DNA of 63,485 bases, filler included, from Octopus bimaculoides (Eukaryota): the NCBI RefSeq assembly GCF_001194135.2. It is 7 parts of 6 records of this genome, joined end to end, with 100 filler letters (N's around TTAATTAATTAA, not from the genome) between each part and the next. Parts side by side here need not be neighbours in the genome. Positions count along the whole stretch, not along the records: positions 8,438 to 20,306 come from NC_068981.1; positions 20,407 to 42,742 come from NC_068984.1; 5 more parts are not named here. One strand, given 5' to 3'. This document shows, piece after piece, positions 13,233 to 26,515 of this stretch (positions are counted from its first letter, which is position 1; the number at the start of each line of letters is the position of its first letter). The translations under genes and the position numbers were made by a program. The notes under the pieces are model-generated. The model saw nothing but the letters and a program-made list of their open reading frames with translations, was not told the origin of the DNA and did no database searches.

Positions 13233-13667
13233 TCTGATTAAGTATACCTATGATAAAAGACGTTCAAGTCATAACCATCACAAATTTTTGTATATCAAAG
13301 ACAATATTGTCCAATGCTTCTTACTTTTCTAAAACAGTAGGGTGTAATTTTAAGGAATTTTGTTACCATCCTTTTCAGATCGAGCAGTCGGGTAGTATTT
13401 CACTTCTTAGATTTTAATCGCAGTTAAGAATATTTGCTTAATTCCCTTCAATTACACCTTACCTTCTCAAAACGAGTAAAAGCGTTGGATAATATTGTCC
13501 TGGATAAACATACAGGGTGATCATGATTGGAAAGCCTTTTACCATAAGTCGACTTAATCGAAACTGACTTGGGGTTGAACAACATCTTCCATAAGTGCGC
13601 AACATAAAACAATAAATATTGATGTTTTATTCTCCAGTCACAAACTATTTACTTTTAGGTGGTGGTG

Positions 13668-14005
13668 TGAAGGCACATGGCTCAGTGGTTAGAGCGTCGG
13701 GCTCACGATCATGAGGGAGTGAGTTCTATTCCCGGACCGGGTTGCGTGTTGTGTTTTTGAGCAAGACACTTTATTTCACGTTGCGGCAATTCACTCAGTT
13801 GTAGAAAGGAGTCACGACGTCACTGGTGCCAAGCTGTATTGGCCTTTGTCTTTCTCTTGGATGACATCGGTGGCGTGGAGAGGGGAGGGTCATAGGATCA
13901 CGGTCTTTCATAAACAACCATGCCCGGACTTGTGCCTCAGAGGGTGACTTTCTAGGTGCAATCCCGTGGTCATTCATGACCGAAAGGTGTCTTTACCCTT
14001 TACCC
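13668..14005 (+). mobile_element. SINE family B, full length, with TACCCTT tail
   Basis: A box TGGCTCAGTGG, B-box-like GAGTTCTATTCC, core TTGAGCAAGACACTTTATTTCACGTTGC; tail matches 26338-26515. Confidence 0.8.
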
Positions 14006-14099
14006 CAGGTGTTGGTCTATGGAATGAAGGAACATAAGCAATATTTTTGCAGGTTTTAGGGAGAATAACAGAGCATTTGTAATGAGAAGTGGAGAACTT

Positions 14100-14134
14100 G
14101 ATGTTGTTGTTGTTGTTGTTGTTTTTGTTGTTGC

Positions 14135-14198
<64 letters not shown>

Positions 14199-14200
14199 GC
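14100..14200. repeat. (GTT)n microsatellite
   Basis: Direct inspection. Confidence 0.95.
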
Positions 14201-14717
14201 TTAGTTCAAGCCTGACCCATACCAACTGTACCAACTATAAGCCAATATTTCCTATCAACGGTGTAGTTTATTCCCAGAAGATGGACATATAAGACTTGAA
14301 ATTTCAGTTTATCGACCATTAAATAGGAATCATAAGGTAATACATAACAGCTTTAGTTGGCATCTTCATTGCATGATTAATACATTCTTGCCTTACTATG
14401 AATCACATCCGGTAAGTATGTCTCGGGGAGAAATATATTAACTTTTCCTTAATACATTAGATTAAAATAAAGTATTTAAATGCGCGTCTCTACGATTCAA
14501 TGCAATACGGGAAACAAGTAATATTTCTACTGCACAAAATACAAACAATGCACACACAAGGACATGAAAATATTATCACTAAAATAATCGTAGTGTTAAT
14601 CGTAGTGTGATTACTAATTAAATAGAAATTTCTTAGACATTTCATTAGCACATATCAAATAAATATAAGATAATAGCTACAAACCAGGATTGAATGAAGA
14701 CCTAACACTCATTGAGA

Positions 14718-14880
14718 AGGTGCAGGTGTGGCTGTGTGGTAAGAAGCTTGCTTCTCAACCACGTGGTTCCGGGTTCAATCCCTCTACGTGGCACCTTGAG
14801 CAAGTTTCTTCTGCTAAAGCCACGAGCCGATCAAAGCCTTGTGAGTGGCTTTGGTAGACGGAAACTGAAAGAAGCCCGTC

Positions 14881-14938
<58 letters not shown>

Positions 14939-15186
14939 TTGCGTGCGTGTATGTGTATGTGTGTGCGTGTGTGTCTGTTTGTGCTACCAGCACCGCATGA
15001 CAACCGGTGTTGGTGCGTCTATGTCTCTGTAATTTAGCGGTTCGGCCAAGTGACCGATAGAATAAGTACTAGGCTTTAAAAAATAATAAGTCCTGGGCTC
15101 GATTTGTTTGACTAAAACCCTTTCAAGGCGTTGCTCCAGCATGGCCACTGTCAAATGACTTGAAACAAGTAAAAGAATGAAAGAAT
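14718..15186 (+). mobile_element. SINE family A, full length, with internal (GT)n
   Basis: Head 14718-14882, microsatellite, tail to AAAAGAATGAAAG. Confidence 0.9.
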
Positions 15187-15488
15187 AATAGCTATCATCA
15201 ACCAGGTTTTGAATTAAGACATAACACTCGTTGAGAAGGATGGAAACGTAACCAACCTAAATTACGAAACCTGAGAAGATTACAGGTGCACAAGAGAAGC
15301 AACGCTCCCATTACACTCTTTCCCAATCACCAGTTACAGCATGTTGAGTATCGCCGCTGGTTTTATACCATCTTGACAGGTAGAGAACGTAGTAGCACTT
15401 GTTATTTTTCTGTGTATGTTTGTTCGGCTGTTAAATAGTCGGCGAGATTCGCTTTCGCACCTTGATATGATAAATTATTAATCATGAT

Positions 15489-15650
15489 AAGGCGGCGAGC
15501 TGGCAGAAACGCTAGCACGCCGGGCGAAATGCTTCGCGGTATTTCGTCCGTCTTTACGTTCTTAGTTCAAATTCCACCGACGTCGACTTTGCCTTTCATC
15601 CTTTTGGGATCGATAAATTAAATACCAGTTGCGTATTGGGGTTGGATTAC
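15489..15650 (+). mobile_element. SINE family D
   Basis: AAGGCGGCGAGCTGGCAGAAACG...GTTCAAATTCC...GACTTTGCCTTTCATCC; homologous to 43373 and 45158. Confidence 0.8.
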
Positions 15651-15720
15651 ATGATTCAAGCAGCAGGTAGCAATCAACCGGATCAAACGTATTGACATCT
15701 CTTCATGTTTGCATAAAATC

Positions 15721-15892
15721 CAGACGGGCTTCTTTCAGTTTCCGTCTACCAAATCTACTCACAAGATTTGGTCGGCCCGAGGCTATAGTAGAAGACATTT
15801 GTCCAAGGTGCTACGCAGTAGGACTGAACCCGGACCAAGTGGTCGGTAAGCCCCGCCTGCGCTTATACTTACCACACAGCCACTCCTGCACC
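15721..15892 (-). mobile_element. SINE family A head
   Basis: Reverse complement of the 8108 and 14718 heads. Confidence 0.8.
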
Positions 15893-15911
15893 TATATACA
15901 TACATACATGC

Positions 15912-15944
<33 letters not shown>

Positions 15945-15972
15945 TGTATATATATATATTCACATACATGTA

Positions 15973-16005
<33 letters not shown>

Positions 16006-16391
16006 CTCTATATATATATATACATTCTTACGTACATGTATGTATGTGTGTGTGTGTGTGTGTGTGTGAAGCATTCAGCAATATAGGAATTTGTCATTTT
16101 ATCATTCAGTTGAATTATTCTACACTAGTAAATAAATATTACAGAATATGATAAAATTGCTTATGCAGAGAGTTCTCTCGCCTCATTTTCGTTTCAATTA
16201 CTAATATTACTGCAGTCTATAAATCCATAAATCTCTTCTATTCAATTTTACATATGTCTAAAACTTATATCTTGTTGGAGTCAAGGAAGAACAATGCTGT
16301 ACTGTTGACACCTGTTGCAGCGGTAGCACGTCCTCTTGTCTATAGAAAAAAGACCATGCTTTCTCTAATGGACTGTAAATTCCGGAGAAAT

Positions 16392-16617
16392 TTTTGTTCC
16401 TTACATTTATCAGTTCCTGGTATTAAGGATTTCGCGAAAGGCCTCATCGGAGGCCCAACTATCCGAGTTCCTTCACAGAGCTTAGAAAAACCGAAGGACC
16501 GCTGCAATAAGTATGTGAATCTGAGAGGGGAATATGTTGAATAAAATCATAATTAGTACAACCTCCTGCATGTTCTTTTTTACCCAAGGCCAGGAACTTC
16601 TCATCCCCTACCTCCTG
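16392..16617 (+). mobile_element. mariner-derived MITE, copy 1 (left TIR eroded)
   Basis: Homologous to 16638-16861; encodes the transposase C-terminal remnant KDRCNKYVNLRGEYVE*. Confidence 0.7.
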
Positions 16618-16637
16618 TATATATATATACATATATA

Positions 16638-16861
16638 CGAGGGGGTGAGGAAAAGTTCCTGGCTTTAAAGGTACTGTGAAAGGCGTGGTTGAAGGTCCAA
16701 ACTTCAAACTTCCGAGTTCTTTTATAGGGCTTAGAAAAACTGAAGGAGTGCTGCAATAAGTCTGTGCATCTGAGATGGGAATATGTTGCATAAAATCATA
16801 ATTAGCGGATCCTCCTGTATTTTCTTTTACCCAAAGCCAGGAACTTTCCAGAACCCCTTCG
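16638..16861 (+). mobile_element. mariner-derived MITE, copy 2 (224 bp)
   Basis: TA-CGAGGGGGTGAGGAAAAGTTCCTGGCTTT ... AAAGCCAGGAACTTTCCAGAACCCCTTCG-TA: TIRs with a TA target duplication. Confidence 0.8.
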
Positions 16862-17169
16862 TATATACCGCAATCTACTAGATCGAAAGGTTACGATCGA
16901 CAGAATAAGTATCAGCCTTATCGAATTGTTTGACTAACGTCTTAAAGTTGGTGTCCCGGTATGGCTATAATCCAATGACTGAAATCAGGGAAAGAAGGAA
17001 AGAGAGTAATTGTGTGCGCGCCAGCGTGCGAGTTTATGTATGAACTAGCTGACTATGTGCCGTCAATAATGACGGCTAATTGTAGTATTTTATATAAAAA
17101 TAAGGTACAAAATAAGATACATAATAACGACACATACATTCCCATACTTCTCTTGTACACGCACACACA

Positions 17170-17210
<41 letters not shown>

Positions 17211-17217
17211 TCACACA

Positions 17218-17803
17218 GAGAGTGAAGTTGTTTACGATCGTTTCTATTTACCATAGTGAAGAAAATATATATTTATATTTTTGCCCCGTTCCCAATGGTA
17301 GACAAAATAATATTAAGGCAATTAGTCTCACTACACGCTAGATCGGACCGACGCTCGTTCCATATTTTACACCAATATATGGCTTCCTGTAATAATACGA
17401 ACCACCTACAACCTATATTTCAATGACACGCAGGTCATTATAACAGCACCGGTTTTCCTTAATTAGAGTTAGCTCTCTTACATTGCACCGCCGGTGAAAC
17501 CCCAGAAGTCACAGGCACATGCAAGACATGCCGCTGAATAACCATGAGACCACAGGTGCAACTAATTTATATTCTTCATCCACTTCACAACGTATTTAAT
17601 GAACTGTGAAGCCAACTATAATGTAAGGCACTCGAATCTTTGATCTTCTCCTCTCCGATGTAACCATTGAACTTTCACTCTCCTTGTCTCTACCTCTAAC
17701 TTCTTCGTTCTGACGATATCTACCATTGGCAACGAGGCAAAAATATAAGTATATATTTTCCTCACCAATGTAAACAGAAACGATAGTAAACAACTTCACT
17801 CTC
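17218..17803. repeat. segment bounded by ~85-bp imperfect inverted repeats (unclassified)
   Basis: 17218-17302 is the imperfect reverse complement of 17719-17803; the ORF track shows RVKLFTIVS..EENIYLYFC on both strands. Confidence 0.85.
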
Positions 17804-18057
17804 ACTCTCACCTTTATTTACTAATTAGATAATGGTTTACTAGCGCAAAAGGCACACTTCTGTTTGTTATTTTTCCTCCATCTTCTCGTCTATATAAATT
17901 AAACTACGGTTATCCGCTAAATTACCTGCTGTCGTATAGCTTTTACCAAGGAATATACCTACTGAGCTAATTACCAGAAGTGCCTTTGGATATATCTATA
18001 CCTTAGAAGCTTTAAACACCTCTAACTTATACCTGTGTATATATATATATATATACA

Positions 18058-18550
<493 letters not shown>

Positions 18551-19023
18551 TGCACAAATATGTATGTTTGTGTGTGTGTGCGTGTGTTTGTTGAAACATG
18601 AATATGTATAAATACATATACCTATCGCCGGCCTATATTCTCTTTATACCAAACTAAAATATAAATATTTGCTAGATACACCAACATATACAAAGAAATA
18701 TTGAAGAAGAGATATACAAGGCAAGAGAGATGGCAGAGAAGAGAGAGCTAGAGAAACTTTTCGGGAGTTGAAAGAAATGTATGTATGAAGAGATATATTG
18801 CTAGATTTATGGTCTCAATGATTCCAGCATGATTTGAAACTAAGAAAAACAACAAAAAAATTGCCAAAAACGTAATAAAAGAGAGGAAATCCATGTAATT
18901 GAAAACGGAAAATAGCAAGAGACGAATAAAAGAAGTAGCTAGGTGTATGTATAAACATATCTATGTATGCATGCATGTATGTATGTATGTATGCGTGTAT
19001 TTGTGTATGTATATATATATATA

Positions 19024-19065
<42 letters not shown>

Positions 19066-19286
19066 TGTATATGTGTGTGTGTATATATATGTACATATAA
19101 ATACGTGTGTATATATATATGTGTGTGTGTGCATGTATATATATATATATATATATAGATATATATATATAGATAGATAGATAGATATAGATATATATAC
19201 ATGCATACATATATAGATATTGATAAGAGAGGTGTAGGCTTTGATAGGTAAACAGACAGGCGGAAAGAAAGACTGATAGACAGATG

Positions 19287-19365
<79 letters not shown>

Positions 19366-20137
19366 GTGGTTTGTTCAACAAAGCCGTTGTTAGCGAGTGA
19401 TAGGCATAATATTAAAATATGTATGAAAACAAACATTTCGAACAGACTCTAAATAATTTTATGTGCGGATAAAGATGAAGAAGAAAGAAACAACGAAAGA
19501 AAGGATAAATGAACGAAGGAAAGAAAGGAAGAAAGAAGTCGGAAATGGATGTTGGTGTCATGTAAAGAATGAATGAGATGGTTCATCGAAAGGATCGGCT
19601 TCTGTCCATACAGAATGAGGCAGTTTATAAATAACAGTTATGTTTCCATAAATAGCAACTGGGAAGAAATGCAATGCTTTGACGTCATTGACCAGCTTTC
19701 GGGGGAAATGGTCGATATTTCTATCGTGCAAGCAACTAACTGGCACTATATTCAGTTGAATTATGTGTTGAGTGGGAAACGTTTCACTAATTCAGATATG
19801 ATCATTCATTGTATGTCTGTCTGTTAGTCTATTTGTTTGCTTGATCGGAGTTCATTCTTCAGTGAATATCAATAATTTTATTTTTCATTTCTTTTGTTTG
19901 TTTATTTTTTGAGGTTGATGTTTGTTAAATTTTCAGTTAATTAATTGACTTTGATTTTTCCTTGTGAGGATTAACTGAGATGTGACGTATGTTTCCGAAT
20001 GGTTAAGATCGTGATGCAGTTTCGATTTCTATTTGTAACCATTTCATGGCTGATCTCCTTGAGAAAGGCATGAATGACATCAGGCGATGTATCAGTTGAA
20101 AGAAACCAATTGTGAGATAGATAGGTAGGTAAGTAGG

Positions 20138-20193
<56 letters not shown>

Positions 20194-20200
20194 CATATAC

Positions 20201-20306
<106 letters not shown>

Positions 20307-21081
20307 NNNNNNNNNNNNNNNNNNNNNNNNNNNNNNNNNNNNNNNNNNNNTTAATTAATTAANNNNNNNNNNNNNNNNNNNNNNNNNNNNNNNNNNNNNN
20401 NNNNNNATACATATACATATATATATACATACATCATTAATGAAATGTAAGTCACTTTTAAGAATCGAACTCACATGCTGGTCATCGACGTTTTGCACAT
20501 CAGTAGCTTATAAAACGAGATGTGAACAGAGAAATACCTGGTTGTTTCTGTTTCGCTTTCATTCAGTGTTCTTTGTAATCCCCCCCCCCAACTCGTTCTT
20601 CAGAAGGTCATAAATTATTTAGAAAACAAGTTTGAACCGAATTTTTTAAAACTAAGCTATATCGCGTGAGCGAAGACTGGGTCTTTGGATTCCCATGTGT
20701 AACACCTACTCCTTATCATTCTTATAAACTCTAAGATGAAAGAGAACTCCGTAAAACATATTTTCCTTGTCTTTTCGCCATTGGCACCTTTGTCTTGCTG
20801 TGACATTTTTTCAATTTGCCATTATTGTCAGTGGTGTGAGCGTATAGATGTGTATCTGTGTGCCACACACACACACATACATACACACAAATGAATATAT
20901 AAATACATGTGTGTGTGCGTGTATATATCTATGTATATATATATATATGTGTGTGTGTATAAGTGCATATGTATGTATGTACGTATGTATATATGTATGT
21001 GTGTATATATATATATATTGGTTGAGTCGGTGTCTTGTTGTTTGATCTTGTGATCGAACGACCGCAAAGTAGCTAGAAACC

Positions 21082-21119
<38 letters not shown>

Positions 21120-21122
<3 letters not shown>

Positions 21123-21322
21123 TTTATGTCCCCGTAACTTAGCTGTTCGGCAAATGAACCGATAGNNNNNNNNNNTGTGTCTTTATGTCCCCGTAACTTA
21201 GCTGTTCGGCAAATGAACCGATAGAATAAGTACTAGGCTTACAAAGAATAAGTCCTGGGGAGGATTTCTTCGACTAAAAACCTTTAAGGCGGTGCAACAG
21301 CATGGCCGCAGTCAACTGACTG
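21120..21322 (+). mobile_element. SINE family A tail (49 bp duplicated across a 10-N gap)
   Basis: Matches 100-240. Confidence 0.8.
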
Positions 21323-21379
21323 GTGCGTTGTATTCTTGAGCAAAACACTTCATCTCGCGTTGCGATCCCCTCGACACCT

Positions 21380-21710
21380 GAAGCATGATCTTCGAATATT
21401 GGGCCCCACGGAGGCAATGACAAATGACCGAGGCCTTTGGCGATACACCGTGCTTGAGAAGTTCTGTTGAGCCAAGTGAGATAGTAGTCGTGGCCAATGC
21501 CGTTGTCATGCCAATGGCACCTGTGCCGGTGGCAAGTAGAAAGTATCCAATATACTCTTGGAGTGGTTGGCGTTCGGAAGGGGATCCAGCCGCAGAAACC
21601 ATGCCAAACCATGGTGCAGCTCCCCAGCTTACCAATTTCAGTCAAACCGTCCAACCCATGTCAGCATGGAAAACGGACGTTAAATGATGATGATGATGAT
21701 GATGATGATG
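21380..21710 (+). mobile_element. RTE-like LINE 3' end with (GAT)n tail
   Basis: GGCCTTTGGCGATACACCGTGCTTGAGAAG...CAACCCATGTCAGCATGGAAAACGGACGTTAAATGATGATG. Confidence 0.75.
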
Positions 21711-22140
21711 ATATATTATGTCATTGCAACGAAAGAGCTTTGGGAAACAAAAAGAAAAGAATCGGATATTTAATGGGTGGAATTGCACCAGTGTGTGTTC
21801 ATTATATTGATATAATGACTCTCTCTAGACACAACAAAATTTGTTTCAACATACGAATTCACATGAAGAATCTTGCGAACTGGATCGAAAAGTATGTATG
21901 TGTGTGTGTGTGTGTGAGTGTGTGTAAATGTAGAATGTTGGAATGAGTGCTAAACACCGTATTGGTGGATAAATAATTTCTTTATTCGTGAATCAAGGCT
22001 ACAATTGTTTTCATGTTGAGAAGAGTGAAAAGATAGGCAAGTATCTTAAAACTTTTTCAAGCCGATCACATGGAGAAAGGTGTTCGCCTCCATTTTGGAA
22101 AACAATCACCTATAGGAGAAAACAATCTCTTATATATATT

Positions 22141-22526
22141 CTTCTTTATTTCTTCTTTTATTTGTTTCAGTCATTTGACTGCGGCCATGCTAGAGCAACA
22201 CCTTTAGTCGAACAAATCGAATCCAGGACTTATTCTTTGTACGCCTAGTGCTTATTCTATCGGTCTCTTTTGCCGAACCGCTAAGTTACGGGGACGTAAA
22301 CACACCAACATCGGTTGTCAAGAGATGGTGGGGGACAAACACACACACACAAACATATACATATACATATACAACGGATTTCTTTTAGTTTCCGCCTACC
22401 AAATCCACTCACAAGGCTTTGGTCGGCCCGAGGTTATAGTGAAAGACACTTGCCCAAGGTACCACGCAGTGGGACTGAACCTGGAACCATGTGGATGGTA
22501 AGCAAGCTACTTACCACACAGCCACT
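22141..22526 (-). mobile_element. SINE family A, full length
   Basis: Reverse complement of head plus tail. Confidence 0.9.
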
Positions 22527-22547
22527 CTTATATATGTAATGTATGTG

Positions 22548-22582
<35 letters not shown>

Positions 22583-22766
22583 TCATATGTATGTTTGTGT
22601 ATATATATATATATATATATATACNNNNNNNNNNNNNNNNNNNNNNNNNNNNNNNNNNNNNNNNNNNNNNNNNNNNNNNNNNNNNNNNNNNNNNNNNNNN
22701 NNNNNNNNNNNNNNNNNNNNNNNNNNNNNNNNNNNNNNNNNNNNNNNNNNNNNNNNNNNNNNNNNN

Positions 22767-22827
<61 letters not shown>

Positions 22828-24024
22828 TCTTTATTTCCTCATATTCCTTTCAGTTCGAAACGTAAAAGTATATTTTCTTGCAATGATATACTTGAAAACA
22901 ACAAGACTATTGATAAAAACCTCAATGCTGATTGTGTGATTGTGTTTCCGCGAATTCTATTCAAACACTATTAAAATATAAATGCTTTAAACTAAATTGT
23001 ATTTATTGAATAAAAATTGAATATTTATTCAATATCAGTTAAATAGAGTGTCTGGACTTGGGAGAAATCGATATCATATAATGAAGGCGTATATATATAC
23101 ATACTCACACACACACACACACACATTCATATACGCCTTCACGCACCTACACAGACGTCCACAGAAATCTCCACCGTCTCTCTCTCTTTCTCTCTCTCTC
23201 TGTCTCTCTCTGTCTCTCTCTCTCTCTCTCTTTGTGGCTTTCTTTCTCTGTTTCCCCTCCCCCTTTTTCTCTCTGTTTCGTCCCACTCATACATATTTCC
23301 AGCCACAAACAATTCTGTACATATTCACATTCTGTGTAACCTGGGTTGTTGAGCTCTATCTCGTTCGACTTGATTAAGAATTGACAAATTTATAAAATAA
23401 AACAATCGACTTAAAGATGGCGAAGTTGACTTTGTAACAAAATATTGCGTCAGCACCAATAAAAACGTTTTAATGTGTATCATGTGATTGGTTCTGCGTT
23501 TGTCTCGAGTGTAATGGCATTTTATTCTGAAGTAGTTCAGTCTATATGGTTGGGTAGTGGTACGTCCGCCTAGCAACAGATCCCTATTGGCATAAAGTTT
23601 GATGAATGCTTCTTTCGTTTCCAGAATCAAAGTCAACTACATTTTGGAGAAATAGTCATTGGTCATCTTCTCATCGAATAAGCAGTGGGACATGTCAACA
23701 ATTTTGCTTATGCACAGAGACACTGAAACTCGTATTTCACAGTGTATCTTTATCTGACTAAATGTATTTGATATAAACTTGAAGCTTAACCAGAGATCAA
23801 CGCCGATAGGGCTCAACATGCTTGGTTAATACATTAGGGTTGTCATGTAATCTCTCTAGTCCTTCAGTTGTTGATGGAATCGTAGGGATTCCGTAATGAT
23901 ATAAGGTACGTCTAGAGTATCTTTAGAACCAATGGAACAACATCTGTTTCCAGATTTGACCACAGTGTATTTCTTCCAAACAAAAAGAAAGGCAGGTAGA
24001 AAGAAGAATCAACGCCAGAATATG

Positions 24025-24150
24025 ACTGGTACTTCAGTTTTCAACCTGAAAGGATGAAAAGAGAATTTGACTTCGGAGAGATTTGAACTGAGGGCCTAGG
24101 GAGCCAAAACGATTACCGCAAAGTAATCTGTCGATGCTCTAACGACTTTG
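24025..24150 (-). mobile_element. SINE family D, degenerate
   Basis: Reverse complement reads CAGTTCAAATCTC..GAAGTCAAATTCTCTTTTCATCCTTTCAGG..GAAGTACCAG. Confidence 0.55.
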
Positions 24151-24884
24151 CCAATTGGACGCCTTACAACAGAATTAAGGAAGCAAATATCACTGAGAAC
24201 ATTTGCATAACATGGAACCTGTTGACATGGAATAAATGTTTTTCCAAACACCGGAGCCTTACATGATTGCTCAACCTTCTAGAAATAGCAGCCAAGTCAA
24301 CAAAACAACACAGCATACTGTTTAAGGGTACATGGGTAATATCCTCGATATACTCTCTTGGAAAAAAACAAAAGGATGAAGCGATGGTCATGGTAGGAAT
24401 GTATTTTGAACAGAAGTTTGCGTATAATTAGAGCAGACATGTATCTGCATAACAACAAACTCAACCGAAATAAATTTTTGTTTTTGTTTGAGACCAAAAA
24501 ATACAAAGAAAACAAAAGAAAAAAATGAAACCAGAAATATCTCCAAAGAAATGAGTTAGTGACATTTGTGTGTTTCTGAGGGGAATTAGAGGCTTAATTG
24601 AAGCATAACACTGACTTCAATTAGAATTGAAAGTGACAGTCAGGTTCGGCAGGTGTTGGGGAGTTGAATATATCATCAACAGAACAAATAAGGAAAAAGA
24701 AAAAAGGATGAGATGAACGAAAAACGCAATTAGAGGCTAATTACATAATTTAATATTATTAAAAATAATCTGGTTTAATCAACTTCAACTATTTTATTGT
24801 GAATCTCGAAAACAAGTAACTTTTAAGGAACAGACTAGGGAAGAAATTGAAGAACTGAATAAAGTTCCTTCGTATGTAATGGGC

Positions 24885-25640
24885 TGCTGCTGCTGCTGCT
24901 GTTGCTATGATTAGTAAGAAGATACTCCCCTGGTACACAGACGTGCTGTGTCGCCCCACTGTTGTTTTGTATTCTGCCTCAGCTTCACGAATCTGGTTCG
25001 TTACATGTCATCTCTGTCCAGACCCTTCTTACTCATTCGCCTCTCTCTCATCGGTAATGTTCAACCTTATTCCGGACCAACCACCTCATCCAATCTTCTT
25101 GCCCCACCAGACCGATACCTCTTCTAGAAGGCTCAACTTCATGGTTTATTTAGCGCCCATCAACTGGCAGGGGTTGATGAATAACATCTACCCATTCTCC
25201 GGGACTGTAACCATGTAGGGAGTATAAAGACAACCCATGCATGTCCTTCCCGCAGTTCAGACTATGCAAAACCACGCCTATTTCGTAAATATACCTTCGT
25301 GCCATATCATCAAACGCATTTCATCCGTGGCAACCTGAACATTTTCCATTTAGCCTTTCATGTTTTCCCACTAAAACCAAATCGTCCGACAAATGTCTCA
25401 GAAATATCAGCCGCTGCCATTGCTCGATTGACCAAATTTCAGATATTTCTATTCCTCTCCATCACTTCCACAATTTATCCTCACCAAAAAGAACAGATTG
25501 TCTCAGACACTCTTTGTCTGGTTTATATCAAAGAAATATTCAGTCAACAATATCATTGCTTTAGCTCCATCAGGCGGCAAGCTCATAGACTTCTTAGCAT
25601 GCTGGACAAAATACTTAGACTTCTGAGACGGGGTTTGCCC
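24885..25640 (-). mobile_element. degenerate LINE 3' region (RTE-like) ending at (CAG)n
   Basis: GC-richer island with remnant peptides RRMGRCYS and RRGIGLVGQEDWMRWLVRNKVEHY, resembling RTE C-termini; many stops. Confidence 0.4.
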
Positions 25641-25760
25641 ATATATATATATATATATATATATTGATAAGAAGGACAACAAAGGAAAGAAAAAGACCTC
25701 GATATTATGTAAATAGAGGAATTTATCTGTAAAAATATTTGACACTTATTCGGTAGCCAT

Positions 25761-25821
25761 GATAAAACTCCGAGTTTCGGATGCTGGGGTGGGAACCCAC
25801 GCCGACATCTCTTCAGTTATC
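25761..25821 (-). ncRNA. type I hammerhead ribozyme motif
   Basis: Minus strand: GAUAA-CUGAAGA-[GAUGUCGGCGUGG GUUC CCACCCCAGCAUC C]-GAAA-CUCGGAG-UU-UUAUC; 5-bp stem I, intact core, GUU triplet, one extra C at the base of stem II. Confidence 0.8.
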
Positions 25822-26054
25822 CGGCCATTCTAAATTTATATTTTACTTTATTTATATTGTAATTTACTCTATAATCTCTGCTTATTTATTCATTTATTAC
25901 TCTAATTTTATTCACCTACTCTATCCTACCTACAGCCAACTTGCAAACCCCTCGCCCAAACACATATAAACGCAAACCATAAACAGTAACATTGAGTCTG
26001 CTGTGATGAATCTACAAACAAACATACATAACATCTAAGGGTATATTTTTTTGG

Positions 26055-26133
26055 CCTCTGAAGAGATTATGCTCAGAAATATGAATTTAATATTTAATTA
26101 ATTTCACTGTGCATAATTGAAACAGCTGCAAGG
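26055..26133 (+). ncRNA. type I hammerhead ribozyme motif, cleavage site mutated
   Basis: CCU-CUGAAGA-[GAUUAUGC...GCAUAAUU]-GAAA-CAGCUG-CA-AGG; 8-bp stem II base, palindromic stem III, U16.1 replaced by C. Confidence 0.75.
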
Positions 26134-26337
26134 GATAATGATCGATTTGTTGCTGGTAATAAACTCTTATTAACTTCAAAATCTCCATTTTCTTCTTTTC
26201 CCTTTGTATGAATATAATCTACAGTTTATATACAAACCTATTATTTTAAGGAAATCTATTCCCCCAAAAATATTAGGTATTGAACCAGTATTTCCTCGGA
26301 TGACACCATCCCTTCATGAGGCTAACATGGAATTGTA

Positions 26338-26515
26338 TCACCCTTTGCTTTTCCCTCGGGTAACACTGGTGGCATGAAGAGGAGAGGCTGTCATGCATGG
26401 GCGACTGATGGTCTTCCATCAACAACTTTGCCCGGACTTGTGCCTCGGAAGGTAACTTTCTAGTTGCATTGCCGTGATATGATCATTCATGACCGAAGGA
26501 GATCTTTACCCTTTA
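26338..26515 (+). mobile_element. SINE family B tail
   Basis: GCCCGGACTTGTGCCTCGG..GGTAACTTTCTAG...CATTCATGACCGAAGG..TCTTTACCCTTTA matches 13850-14005. Confidence 0.75.

Larger units (their letters stand above)
25665..26215. mobile_element. Penelope-type pLTR-derived segment carrying two divergent hammerhead motifs
   Basis: Starts at a (TA)n array; HHRs at 25761-25821 (-) and 26055-26133 (+), each followed by a pyrimidine-rich tail. Confidence 0.6.

Noticed and set aside
13668-13745. tRNA-like sequences (also 11864, 32881, 60554)
   Set aside because: They have A and B boxes but continue into SINE cores and show no clean cloverleaf: SINE heads, not tRNA genes.
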